Below, in pieces: positions 18,640 through 28,191 of a stretch of DNA of 64,000 nt (position 1 is the first letter of the stretch; each line of letters begins with the position of its first letter). The position numbers were made by a program, and so were the translations under genes. The notes below the pieces were generated by a model, which did not search any database, was not told the origin of the DNA, and was given only the letters and a program-made list of their open reading frames with translations. The stretch lies in the NCBI GenBank assembly GCA_963758525.1, contig CAVWVQ010000003.1, forward strand, positions 1,920,001 through 1,984,000, read 5' to 3'. The DNA comes from an uncultured Phycisphaerales bacterium. GTDB lineage: Bacteria > Planctomycetota > Phycisphaerae > Tepidisphaerales > Tepidisphaeraceae.

Positions 18640-18740
18640 CTCCCTCCCCTGGTACTGGGGGAGGGCCGGGGTGGGGGCGCCGAGCACTTGCCGGCGAAAA
18701 CCCCCACCCTAACCCTCCCCCGGAGTACCAGGGGAGGGGA
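18640..18740. repeat. Palindromic repeat family F (CCCTCCCCTGGTACT...AGTACCAGGGGAGGG)
   Basis: Related copies at 37040-37161, 51645-51682 and 61153-61182. Confidence 0.8.
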
Positions 18741-18862
18741 CAAGACGTGACAAAGCGCAGCCGCTTCCGCCGCTCCCGAAGGAGCCGGGTGCGCGGCGTG
18801 CAGCCGGGCAGTGGTATTCAATGGTATTCAATGCGCTGGTGCCTCCAACACTCTCCGCGATA

Positions 18863-18994
18863 TCAATCCAGGGCGAGCCCCAGCGCGATGCCGCCGATTT
18901 CAAACGGCACTTCCGCGGCGCTGGTCGTGGATCGCACAGCGGCCGCGACGAGGTAACCGGATGGAAATTCGATGAAGATGCCGTGGGGGAACAT
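18863..18994 (-). CDS. Putative 43-aa protein
   Basis: MFPHGIFIEFPSGYLVAAAVRSTTSAAEVPFEIGGIALGLALD; fills a gap in the operon and is below the ORF-track cutoff. Confidence 0.35.
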   Translation of the reverse strand: MFPHGIFIEFPSGYLVAAAVRSTTSAAEVPFEIGGIALGLALD

Positions 18995-19111
18995 GGGTGA
19001 AGAGAGGGACTAAGGGACTGAGGGACGAAGGGAATGCGGGACCAAGTGGAGAGAATATGGCACTCACCGCCGCTGGTGATTTTCTCTGGGCTCCCTTCGT
19101 CCGTCCTGCGT

Positions 19112-19573
19112 TCAATGGAGGATGGCGGACGCGGATACGGTGCCGTCTGGCTTGAACGTGACGCTGTACTTGGTGGTGGCGCCGTCCTGCTTGTAACGGG
19201 TGATGGTGCTGGTGCCGTCGCCGTTATTCACGACGTTCGCCCTGCCGGCGACAAACGCACTGAGAAGGGTTTCCAGCAGCGATCGGTACGTCACGCCGTC
19301 GAAGGTGCTGGCGGTGCTGAGCGTCGCATCGGCGCTCCCGTCCCACAGGAGCATGCCAGCGCCGTACTGGGCGCTGCTGGCAGTATCCCGGAAGCTCACG
19401 GCATACGAACCCGCGGCCAGGCCGCTGATCGTTGCCGCATTGCTGTAGATCCCGGCAGGCGCTTCGGTGAGCGGGACGGTAGCGATCAGCGACCCGCCGG
19501 CAAAAAGCAGGGCGCTGACCGTCAGTCCGGTCTGACTGACCGGGTCGAGGGGAAGCGTAAGTTCGTAAGCCAT
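19112..19573 (-). CDS. Hypothetical virion-associated protein (153 aa)
   Basis: Starts 1 nt after the fibre gene stop; beta-rich, 'LTEAPAGIYS'. Confidence 0.7.
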   Translation of the reverse strand: MAYELTLPLDPVSQTGLTVSALLFAGGSLIATVPLTEAPAGIYSNAATISGLAAGSYAVSFRDTASSAQYGAGMLLWDGSADATLSTASTFDGVTYRSLLETLLSAFVAGRANVVNNGDGTSTITRYKQDGATTKYSVTFKPDGTVSASAILH

Positions 19574-19574
19574 G

Positions 19575-21743
19575 TTATCTGAGCCTCGTCGCGTGGAGTG
19601 AACCGTATGCGCTGAGCGTCGAGACGCTGAATCCGGCTTTGGCGACCAGATAGACGGTGGTCAGCACTGCCAGATGCAGCCGACGGCTGGGGATCGGCAT
19701 CGCGGCGTCGACGGTGGTTCCGATGGCGATCGGAATTGAGGCAAACGTATCCTGAGCCCCAATGGTCGCGCTGGCGGTGGAGATGCCATGATCCAGATAT
19801 GCGGTGGTCGTCGTGGTGTCGGGATGATAGTCGACAACGCCGTCAACGAGCCAATCGCCGGCCGTCAGTGAGATGCTGGTGACGTTGGCAGCAGCTCCGC
19901 TGGTCAGCGGGACGGCCGCGCCTGATGCGACCGTCGATGCGATCTCCTCGCCGACGATACCGGCGGGCGCGGTCGAGCTGTTGGAAACTCCCTGAATTGA
20001 GATTGCCAACGGCGTCGGCGCCGCCCTGGCATTTCCAGCATTGATGTTTGCCAGCAAGCCCGCGCCGTTCCAAAGCCCGGCGACATTCAAGTGACCGCCG
20101 CCAGTGACGCTGGTCAGCGTCGGAACGTTGCCTTCATTGGTCATCGTCGTGACAAACGCGCTGGTATCGGCAGTGGGAATCAGCGTATCGCTGGCTCCGT
20201 GCCAGAGCGCGATTGCCAAATTGTTCAGCGCGTCGGGCCGCAGGTTTGGGTCGGCGATGGCGACCTGCCCCGAACTTGTGGCCGCCACGGAGACAACATC
20301 ATTCTTGTTGTAAGCTGTCCCGCTGCTGTACGTCCCTCGATTGGTGTACGTCGCGTACGGTTTGGGAAGAATTCCGCCGGGCGGCGTGATCTGCTGCCAG
20401 AAGGTGGTGTTGGTTACCGCGTTGGCGGAGTTGCTTCCCGAGAGACTCAGGTAATAGGTGAGAAACGCGCCGTTGACGGTGCTGGCGAAATTGGTTCCGC
20501 CGTTGGCGCCGGTATAGGCGGCCAACAGATTGACGACTCCCGAGATGCCCGAGAAGCTGCGAACGGGGAGCGACGCATGATTCATCGCGAAGTTCAGCAT
20601 GGTGAGCGCACCCATGCTTTGACCGATCAGATGCAGATTCTTTACGCTGCTCGGCGCCGTCGCCGGCCCCGGGAGCAAGGTCAGGAACGTATCAAGAAAT
20701 TGCTTCCAGACGCCAACCCCGATGGCCGCGCCCCAGGGCGACGCATAGTTGCTCGAATAGCTGGCGGGGTCGCCGCGCACAAACGCCATCGCAACGCCAC
20801 TGTTGCGCAGGTACGCAAAGGCCGTCCCCGAATCGGGATCCAGTAGGCGGAACCCGGTATTTTCGCTCGACGCGTTGGGATGCCCGACCAGGGCGAGATC
20901 GAATTGGGACGCTCCCGTGTAGCTCTCGGGGATGAAAACTTGTCCGGTGTTATCAATCGCCCCATCCGGCCTGGTGACGCTCACCGGGCAGATGCACGGC
21001 GGCTGGAATCGTGGATCGGCTCCTCCGCCGAGCCCGCCCTGGTTGAACAGAATGCCCTTGATGACATTGGCGGAGCTGGATTGCAGAATCTGAATCTGGC
21101 CCGTGTTCTGGTACGGCGGCGCGTGACCGCCGCTGGTGTAGCTCAACGCATATGTGTTGAACGTCTCAGCCGCCGCGTGCGAGGAAAAGTTCGCGTTGTT
21201 TTCAATCCCGCCATGGCCGAGCGGGATGGAACCGACGGAGACTTGATTCCCATCGCTGGCCGCGAAGAAATCGTAGGTCTGGCCATTCACGCATCCGTCG
21301 ATGGTGCCGATCTGCTGTCCCCCGCCGACACCGACATAGATCTGCCCGCCGGCGAATCCCACGTTGAACGATCCGTAACTGGTGTCATTGGGATTCTGAA
21401 AGCAGACGAGCGTGTTGTGCGATGCGTCACCGTTGTAGACCATCCGCACGTTCATCCGCCACGGCTTGGTCGCGTCATTGATCTTGGGCAGAAGAATAAT
21501 TCCCGACGCCTGCGTGCCATTCACGGACGACACCAGGCCGCCGCCACTCGCAATGGAAAATGCCGCGCCGCTTAGACTGAACATGGAGGCGGCGGTCTGA
21601 AACAGCGGCTCGTAAAAGCCGACCGCTCGGCTGACGGCGCTGACTCCTCCGACATTGCGGAGCGCGGCTTGCGCCGAGGGCAGATCGGCCAGATTTGCTG
21701 CCTTGGAAAGCGCGAGCGCGGAGGTTGATGGAGTTCCGGTCAT
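19575..21743 (-). CDS. Fibre/receptor-binding-like protein with central alpha/beta-hydrolase domain
   Basis: N-terminal 'SKAANLADLPSAQAALRNVG' fibre motif; 'LIGQSMGAL', 'WHGASDTLIP', 'GGGHL' triad; C-terminal 'APAGIVGE...SISLTAGDWLV'. Confidence 0.7.
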   Translation of the reverse strand: MTGTPSTSALALSKAANLADLPSAQAALRNVGGVSAVSRAVGFYEPLFQTAASMFSLSGAAFSIASGGGLVSSVNGTQASGIILLPKINDATKPWRMNVRMVYNGDASHNTLVCFQNPNDTSYGSFNVGFAGGQIYVGVGGGQQIGTIDGCVNGQTYDFFAASDGNQVSVGSIPLGHGGIENNANFSSHAAAETFNTYALSYTSGGHAPPYQNTGQIQILQSSSANVIKGILFNQGGLGGGADPRFQPPCICPVSVTRPDGAIDNTGQVFIPESYTGASQFDLALVGHPNASSENTGFRLLDPDSGTAFAYLRNSGVAMAFVRGDPASYSSNYASPWGAAIGVGVWKQFLDTFLTLLPGPATAPSSVKNLHLIGQSMGALTMLNFAMNHASLPVRSFSGISGVVNLLAAYTGANGGTNFASTVNGAFLTYYLSLSGSNSANAVTNTTFWQQITPPGGILPKPYATYTNRGTYSSGTAYNKNDVVSVAATSSGQVAIADPNLRPDALNNLAIALWHGASDTLIPTADTSAFVTTMTNEGNVPTLTSVTGGGHLNVAGLWNGAGLLANINAGNARAAPTPLAISIQGVSNSSTAPAGIVGEEIASTVASGAAVPLTSGAAANVTSISLTAGDWLVDGVVDYHPDTTTTTAYLDHGISTASATIGAQDTFASIPIAIGTTVDAAMPIPSRRLHLAVLTTVYLVAKAGFSVSTLSAYGSLHATRLR

Positions 21744-21787
21744 GATGTGATGTCTTGTCTTGTGAGCTGGAGCCCGTGTAACAGTCG

Positions 21788-21868
21788 CGCGCTGAGTCTG
21801 AGGGACTTCGAGGGCCCGGAGCGACCGTCCGAAAATCCGAGCCTTCGGAGTACCTCGGACTCGGCGTG
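21788..21868. repeat. Palindromic repeat family E, degenerate copy
   Basis: tccgagccttcggagtacctcggactcggcg arm matches 13235-13266. Confidence 0.75.
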
Positions 21869-21943
21869 GTGGGGCAATTCCTGAGGTTTTGAAACCGCCT
21901 CGAATGCGGAAGGAAGCCGCCGCAGAGAGAGGAAAACGCCGGC

Positions 21944-23226
21944 TTACTGCGCCTTGACTGATCCGTCGCTGAAAACCTGCTGCTGCCAGACAACCTTGCC
22001 ATCCATGCTCAGGGTGCTGGTGTGCGTTACCGTCGGGGCGGGCGCCAGGGCCGCGGGACTCGTCGTTGGAGGATCGACCGCTGCCGATCCCGGATCCGGA
22101 ACGGCGGGCGGGACCAGTGAACTGGGATTTGTTGCCGGCGTTCCCAGAATGGACGCCGGCTTGGCGGGCCATGCCGGCGCGGCGGGATCATTGAGGTTGT
22201 AGAGACGATCCAGGGTGGAATTAGGATCCACAATCGGCCATGGGACGCTGTCCTTTCCGAACAGCGCCCCCCGACGACGACGTTGCCGCTGGTGGTCGGG
22301 CCGGGCTGCGCGGCGCCGTTGAGGACAAACGCGCTCCAGTTCCAGACGTAGTTGTTGCTGATGGTGATATTCGCGTCCCCCATGATTTCGATGGCCGATT
22401 TCGCCCACAGATCGCGCGCCTGATTTGGCCCGTTCTGAATAATCGCGTTGCCGCTGATCGTGATGTTCGCCCCCTGACCCGCCCAGGGCGGCCCGTTTGC
22501 GCTGCTTCCGGTCGCGCAGCTGATTCCCATGTGCGAGTCGGTGTTATTGGTTACGTGCGGCAGCCAGTCGCTGATCCAGTTGTTATTGATGGTCAGATGC
22601 GTCATCCCTTTTTGCAGTTCGATGCCGATGCGCGTCGCATGCACGATGACGTTGCTGCTGATGTCGGTCCAATCACATGCCGCCGACAGATGGATCGGCT
22701 CGAACACGTTGTCAAAGGTGTTGCGGTCGTACGAGTTGTTGTTGCCGGGATATCCGTAGATTCCCTCGGCATCGAGACCGGAGAAGGAATTGTTGTCAAA
22801 GTGAGAGCCTCGCACCCCCGCGATGAACAATCCGCGATGTCCATCTCGAAAGGTATTGTCGTGGATGTTGTAAACGCCGTTCTCGCAGTGCACCTGGGCG
22901 CAGGTGCAGACGAAGCCGCTGAATTCTGTCACGGCCTTGGAGCCGGTCAGCGAGATCAGTTCCTGATTGTCGTTTGGCGCCACTCCGCCCGAGAGCGCGA
23001 GCACCGCGCCATTGCCGATGTAATGCCGCCCGGTCGGCCAGGTCGCTGCCGCGCCACCGGGATTGGTCGTCAGCATATAGTTGCCGGGCGCGAATGTGAT
23101 CGGACCAAATCCGGGTGTCGCACGCACCACTGCCGCAACATCATCTCCGGGGTGCACGTTATAATTGTCGGCCAGCGCAACGCTCGTCACGCTCAAAGTC
23201 ATCGCCAGGGATGTTAGAAACTTCAT
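21944..23226 (-). CDS. Secreted right-handed parallel beta-helix protein with Pro-rich tail; frameshift in G-run near 22270
   Basis: Signal peptide 'MKFLTSLAMTLSVTSVALA'; repeats 'IHDNTF', 'FDNNSF', 'YDRNTF', 'ISSNVI', 'INNNWI', 'ISGNAI', 'ISNNYV'. Confidence 0.75.
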
Positions 23227-23281
23227 CTTCGGCTTCTCCGGTAAAGCACGGTTCGCATTTTGAATCATTGGCGCGTTGCGT

Positions 23282-23620
23282 TCAATCGACGCGCTGCTGG
23301 AGCATCACTTTCATCGCCTTGAGATCGCCGGCGACGTTTTCGAGCACCACGCGGATTGATTCGGTCGTCAGGCGGGTCTGATCGAGCAGTTGCTCCTGAT
23401 TATCGAGGCGAACTTTCTCCTGCGCAACCAGCAGATTGGTCTGGTTGGCCTCGGATTCGACCGCGGACACCCGCACCTTGAGCGCTTCCAGCTCGATATC
23501 TGAAATATCCGCCCGCGCCTTGAGCACGCAGAAGGCCGCCGATGCCGTCGCCGCGAGCACGGTGATGTGCACCGCCAGCTCGGGGGTGACCCATCCAAAC
23601 AATCGCTGTGAAGCTGACAC
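23282..23620 (-). CDS. Single-TM coiled-coil protein (holin/spanin-like candidate)
   Basis: N-terminal hydrophobic helix followed by a heptad-rich coiled coil. Confidence 0.55.
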   Translation of the reverse strand: MSASQRLFGWVTPELAVHITVLAATASAAFCVLKARADISDIELEALKVRVSAVESEANQTNLLVAQEKVRLDNQEQLLDQTRLTTESIRVVLENVAGDLKAMKVMLQQRVD

Positions 23621-23647
23621 CGCAAGTCCTCCGGGAAGAAAACCAAT

Positions 23648-24202
23648 TCACATTGCCCGCACCGCCGCGACTCGCGCCTTTACGTCAGCGTCGAGCACAC
23701 CAGCAATTGCCCCATTTTGCGCGGGTGTCGGTTCCGGGACGGCTGCATCCAGCGCGCTCACAACCTGCTTCAAGGCCAACTGTGTCTTCGCGTGCTGTTC
23801 GAGTGCGCTGCTCGCCTGAACGTGCTTGACCGTTGCCCACACCAGTCCGATCGCCGCCAGTGCCAGCGAGCCGTACGGCACCGCGCTGACCGCGGCAGAA
23901 ACCGCGGGATCGATCTGGCCGCTCTGAGCCGACTGAATCGCGCCATCGACAACGGGCAGATACTGCTCTCCCCGGGCAATCGCCGAATCCAACTCAGCCA
24001 GCTTCGGCTCAAGCGTTTTGCGAACCGGATCAGAAACCGGGAGCGCGTCGATCTGACTCCGCAGCACAGCTTCCGAGTCCTTCGCGCTGGCAACCGCGGC
24101 GACCGTTTCCGTTCGCGCCGCCGTCAGTTTCGCAAGATCGCCGGAGGTGCATCCAGCGAGCAGCAAGCCGATCGCCATCGTTCGCATTTTCAGTCGCAGC
24201 AT
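23648..24202 (-). CDS. Lipoprotein with internal TM segment (unimolecular-spanin-like topology)
   Basis: Lipobox 'LLLAGC', helical region, hydrophobic 'AVSAVPYGSLALAAIGLVWATV'. Confidence 0.6.
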   Translation of the reverse strand: MLRLKMRTMAIGLLLAGCTSGDLAKLTAARTETVAAVASAKDSEAVLRSQIDALPVSDPVRKTLEPKLAELDSAIARGEQYLPVVDGAIQSAQSGQIDPAVSAAVSAVPYGSLALAAIGLVWATVKHVQASSALEQHAKTQLALKQVVSALDAAVPEPTPAQNGAIAGVLDADVKARVAAVRAM

Positions 24203-24235
24203 CTGTAATTTCCCTTCTATACGCACGGCCCCGAT

Positions 24236-24478
24236 TCAGGCATGGAACACCGACGAGAGTGACATGGCGTGAACGCGCCGGACTGGAAGACGCCGTGCCA
24301 ACGTTCCAGGCGGCGCGGATGCGTGCTCCGTCAGCGCCGCGCGGCGCAGCAATCTGCTGACCGCCGCCGTCTTTACACCCAGACGCCGGCCGATCCGCGC
24401 CAGCGTCCACCCTCGCTCATGGCGAAGCCGCCAGGCAAGATCGCGCCGTCCGAATCGGCTTAGCGTCATCGGTTCCAT
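24236..24478 (-). CDS. Small HTH DNA-binding protein (sigma-70 region-4-like)
   Basis: 'ERGWTLARIGRRLGVKTAAVSRLLRRA'; first gene of the cluster. Confidence 0.7.
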   Translation of the reverse strand: MEPMTLSRFGRRDLAWRLRHERGWTLARIGRRLGVKTAAVSRLLRRAALTEHASAPPGTLARRLPVRRVHAMSLSSVFHA

Positions 24479-24635
24479 GCTTCGCTCATTGGTCGTTTCG
24501 GTGTGACTCCCCAATGTATAGCGCGAATGTTTACATCAGGATCAATATCCCCTCGCGCCACCGCAACTTAGCTGGACGCAGGCGCCCTGACTTATAGCAA
24601 CCGGGCGCGGAGATGAAGAGGTTTACTGTGGGGAA

Positions 24636-24775
24636 GGAGTCAGGAGTCAGGAGTCGGTAGCCAGGAGTGAGAAGCCAGAAGCCAGGAGTCAAGCCAAAAG
24701 GACCAGGAATGCCACCACTCGGTACCTCGCATTTCTCGTTCCCCTTCTGACTCCTGACTCCTGGCTTCCGGCTTC
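24636..24775. repeat. Inverted heptamer arrays (GGAGTCA/GAAGCCA)n...(TGACTCC/TGGCTTC)n
   Basis: ggagtcaggagtcaggagtc...gaagccagaagccaggagtca and ctgactcctgactcctggcttccggcttc. Confidence 0.75.
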
Positions 24776-24881
24776 TTCCTCCACAGTAACACTCGCAGCA
24801 CCCCGATCGCCTTTCCTACCGTGCCCCGCTCGAGCGTCGTCCCAAGGCGGCGCACGTTATCCAATCTCTTCGGGAGGATTC

Positions 24882-25424
24882 ATGAGCGGTCATCGGACAA
24901 TCATCGGGAATTCCAAGTCGTCACGAGCGGGCCTGAGCAAACTGGCCGAAGCGCGACTGCGGCGTGTGTTGCGGCGGACCGCGCCCAGCGAGCCGTGGGT
25001 CGATGCACAGTTCACCACTGTCGTCGACCACGATGGACGCGACGCACAAATCCGGCGCATCCACGACACGCGCGTCTTCCCCCCCGGCGGCACGAAGACG
25101 GCCATGAGGCGGTGTCCCGAGTGCGGTGTCATCACGCCACCGACGGCATTTGAGGCAGGCAAATGCCTCGATCATGCCGAGCATGGGAATTGGGGGCGGT
25201 CTCCATCCGCCATGGCAATCGCAGCGCTGCAGCATATGAATCTGCGTCTGGCCGACTCGCCCCTTCCCAGCGAATCGGTGACGGCGCTGCGCGCGGAGAT
25301 CGCGCGGTTTCAGACGCTCCGCAACCCGGTTCGATCAAAGGCTAAACGTCGGCGCAATAAAAAACCGGCGGCTGGAAAGGGCGGGGGGAAAACCTCTCCG
25401 GGGACTGCCGCCGCTGTTCATTGA
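24882..25424 (+). CDS. Basic hypothetical protein with CxxC...CxxH Zn-finger motif
   Basis: GGAGG RBS; 'RRCPECGVITPP...KCLDH'; divergent from the cluster. Confidence 0.6.
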   Translation: MSGHRTIIGNSKSSRAGLSKLAEARLRRVLRRTAPSEPWVDAQFTTVVDHDGRDAQIRRIHDTRVFPPGGTKTAMRRCPECGVITPPTAFEAGKCLDHAEHGNWGRSPSAMAIAALQHMNLRLADSPLPSESVTALRAEIARFQTLRNPVRSKAKRRRNKKPAAGKGGGKTSPGTAAAVH

Positions 25425-25502
25425 AACGGTACGCACGGAAAACACGGATAACAAACTTCGGCGCGCGGCCGTCGCGTGCGTGACGCTTTCAACGGGGCGC
25501 GG

Positions 25503-25860
25503 TCAACCATTACCGCGGAACTGGACGGCCATCTCGTATCGGCCGTTGCTCACGGGGCGTGAGCGAATCACTTCGCAAAAATGGGTGATTGGCTTGCCGA
25601 AGCCGGTCAGGGTGATCCGGCAGTTCTGTCCGACCGCCAGCGAATCGCGGAGCAGGAACGAGACGCCGCTGAACGACTGATCGCGCGTGAGGATGTCGTC
25701 GTAGACGTCTCCGGAGTTCTGCCCGTCCAGCACGGTGAGGGAGGCCTTGCTCTGTAACGGCTTTCGATTATCCCGGCGCCGGTCCGGCAACGCAGTGACC
25801 GATGCGACGCGCCGCACCGTTCCTGCGCGGTGCCCGCTGCGGGTCGTCCGAACGACTCAT
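25503..25860 (-). CDS. PilZ-domain protein (probable frameshift near 5' end)
   Basis: RxxxR 'RRDNR' and DxSxxG 'DQSFSG' c-di-GMP motifs. Confidence 0.75.
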
Positions 25861-26105
25861 ATGCATCCTTTTCTCATTTGCTCTGTGGCACGGCAGCGCC
25901 GAAACACGCAGCCGCGGCCCCTGTACCATTCTGATTGGGGTTGCCGTCAGCGGCAACGCCTGGAAATGAAACGCCCGATTTGCCGCGACGGTGTCGCGAC
26001 CCGCAGCCCATTGTCAACATCACTAAAGCGTCCACCGCAGCGCGATTATTGTTGTCACGACTCGCCTCGATTGCAACTGCGGAAATGACTGATTTTTCTG
26101 TAGAC

Positions 26106-28127
26106 TCAGTTGGCGATCACCGCCCCAATTTGCGGAACGGGCACGACGCTCGACGCTGGGGCGGCGCTGGACGCGGGCTTCTGCTGCCGCTGCTTTTCCA
26201 GTTCTTTGAGGATGTTGTCGATTGATCGCTGGGCCTCTTCGGGCTGGTTGACCCGCAGCTCCACCAGCGATCCCGCCACCACCGGGCCCATGCTCGTCAG
26301 CAGCGCGGCAGCCCGATCGCGCCGCTTCCAGTCAGGATCGCTCAAATCCTTGATCGCTGCCCGAATCCGGTCCAACATCTCCGCTGAAGGGGCCGGCTGC
26401 GGTTGAACGTAATTCTGCAGGAGCGCCACTGGAATCGACATCTTCACGCCGCACTGCAACTGACACTCCAGCGATTCCGATTCCACTTGCCCGCTGAGCG
26501 TGGCCCCGTCCCACATCACCACCTGCACGTCCCGGCTTCCATCCGTCAGGTGATCCATCGATTTCACTTCGGCTCCGTTCACCGAAATGGTGTCGAACGC
26601 CGTATCGAGCTTTAACGTGCCCAGGAGTTTCCCAACCAGCACATCGTCGTTGGCCAGGCGGAACATCGCAGTCATGTCATCGGTCTCCGCGACTTTGCCC
26701 GCGAGCTGAATCCGACTGATCTGGCCGACGGGAAACTGCACCGTCTGATTCTTGCCCATCGCAAGCTGGGCCGGGAATACGTCCGATCCGAGCAGCCCCG
26801 CGAACCGGCTGCCGTCGATCAATTGCATCTCATGAACCGGGCTGTCTTCATTCTGCAGGATGATGCCGCCGACTTGCTCGGGCTTGAGCTCCAGTTTGCC
26901 GTATCGGGTCAATACTTCCACCGATGAGGACGGGAGTTGGATTGCGACGCGTTCTCCTTCGCGGGTCATGACCAGCGCCTTGCCGTCAAAGTTCCACTCT
27001 GCCGGCTCGGTCGTCTGCCGGCGATACCCCATGCGTGTAATCTGCGAAAGCGGGATCGAGGTCAACTGCCCGCTGGAGAGCTGGAGGTCGATCGTGCTTT
27101 TCCGAAGCTGCCCGCCCAGAATCTGACCGTCGGTGGTGATGACCAGTTGGCGCGGACGATAGCGTCCAATATTGATCAGGCCAACGACTCGTTCGACGGG
27201 GACCGAGAGCGGCCCGTACTCCGTCTGCAGATCGTAGAAGCTTTCTTTCAGCGTCCCCTTGAATTGATCTCCGGTGCGCAGCTCAACAATATCGAGCAGA
27301 TCACCGCGGAGAATTTCCACGTCGCCGACGAAATTCTCACCCCCGATGAAGTTGACGATGAGCCGGCGAAGCTGCGGCGGAATGCTCCGCATCAGTACGG
27401 CGTCCTTCATCGCGTTGACGTATGCCACGCCAGCGTCCTGCGAGGCAGCGATCGCGTGAAGGTGCATCAGCGCGACCTGCTTTCCCGGCGCGAGCGTGAG
27501 CGGCATCGAAGCTTGTGCGTAGTTGTTTCCCTGCGGCCAGGTGATCGCTGGAACGGTCTTCGCGTTATGCCCGCCGTAGATTTCGACCACCGACGCCCCG
27601 GCCCCGGTCTGCGCGATCCAGGCAATATTGTGATCCTTCTTCTTGACGTCGGCGACCATCTGCGAAGTGTTCACCCCGTAATTGAGATTCGTCTGAATCA
27701 TCAGGTTGACGGTTAGTTCCTGCGTCAAGGTGTTCTTGAAAATGTCGATGTAACGCACCGATCCTTCGGTCTGGTTGAACAGGATTCGCCGGGTGATCGA
27801 CAGGCCGTTGGCGCCCAGGCCGTCGATGATCAACTCCCCCGTCTTGGGATCAATTCGCCCCTCGTTATTGCTCTGCGCGATCTGATTCCCGTTGATCGAC
27901 AGCATTGCCCCCTGGCTGTACAGCGGAGTGTTCCCCTGCTGCTGGAGCCAGCCTCCCTGAAACACCCGCCACTGGTTGCCGCCGCTCTCGCTCAAGAGAT
28001 ATGGAAGGCTCACGGTTCCGCCGGCCGCGGGTGCGACCGCAACGGGCTGCGCCATCAACTGTCCACTCGAGGCGGCCGCCCATGCGCCGATCAATATGAT
28101 TGCCGTCGTCAATTGCATCCGCTTCAT
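26106..28127 (-). CDS. Secreted hypothetical protein with repeated small beta domains and C-terminal HEAT-like repeat
   Basis: Signal peptide; repeated 'D.VELRTGD.FKG' type units; 'DLSDPDWKRRDRA'. Confidence 0.75.
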   Translation of the reverse strand: MKRMQLTTAIILIGAWAAASSGQLMAQPVAVAPAAGGTVSLPYLLSESGGNQWRVFQGGWLQQQGNTPLYSQGAMLSINGNQIAQSNNEGRIDPKTGELIIDGLGANGLSITRRILFNQTEGSVRYIDIFKNTLTQELTVNLMIQTNLNYGVNTSQMVADVKKKDHNIAWIAQTGAGASVVEIYGGHNAKTVPAITWPQGNNYAQASMPLTLAPGKQVALMHLHAIAASQDAGVAYVNAMKDAVLMRSIPPQLRRLIVNFIGGENFVGDVEILRGDLLDIVELRTGDQFKGTLKESFYDLQTEYGPLSVPVERVVGLINIGRYRPRQLVITTDGQILGGQLRKSTIDLQLSSGQLTSIPLSQITRMGYRRQTTEPAEWNFDGKALVMTREGERVAIQLPSSSVEVLTRYGKLELKPEQVGGIILQNEDSPVHEMQLIDGSRFAGLLGSDVFPAQLAMGKNQTVQFPVGQISRIQLAGKVAETDDMTAMFRLANDDVLVGKLLGTLKLDTAFDTISVNGAEVKSMDHLTDGSRDVQVVMWDGATLSGQVESESLECQLQCGVKMSIPVALLQNYVQPQPAPSAEMLDRIRAAIKDLSDPDWKRRDRAAALLTSMGPVVAGSLVELRVNQPEEAQRSIDNILKELEKQRQQKPASSAAPASSVVPVPQIGAVIAN

Positions 28128-28191
28128 CTCATGCTCCTTGTCCGCGCCGGCCGACACTGGCCAGTTGAGGACATGCAATCCTTCCGCCCGC

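Larger units (their letters stand above)
1612..24478 (-). mobile_element. Phage-derived head/packaging gene cluster (cryptic prophage or gene-transfer-agent-like element)
   Basis: Co-oriented terminase, portal, protease, capsid, connector, closure, terminator and fibre genes. No integrase, replication genes or att repeats seen. Confidence 0.85.

Noticed and set aside
1402..25500. Intact inducible prophage with att sites
   Set aside because: No integrase, replication or CI/Cro module, and no flanking direct repeats found by eye. A remnant prophage is not excluded.
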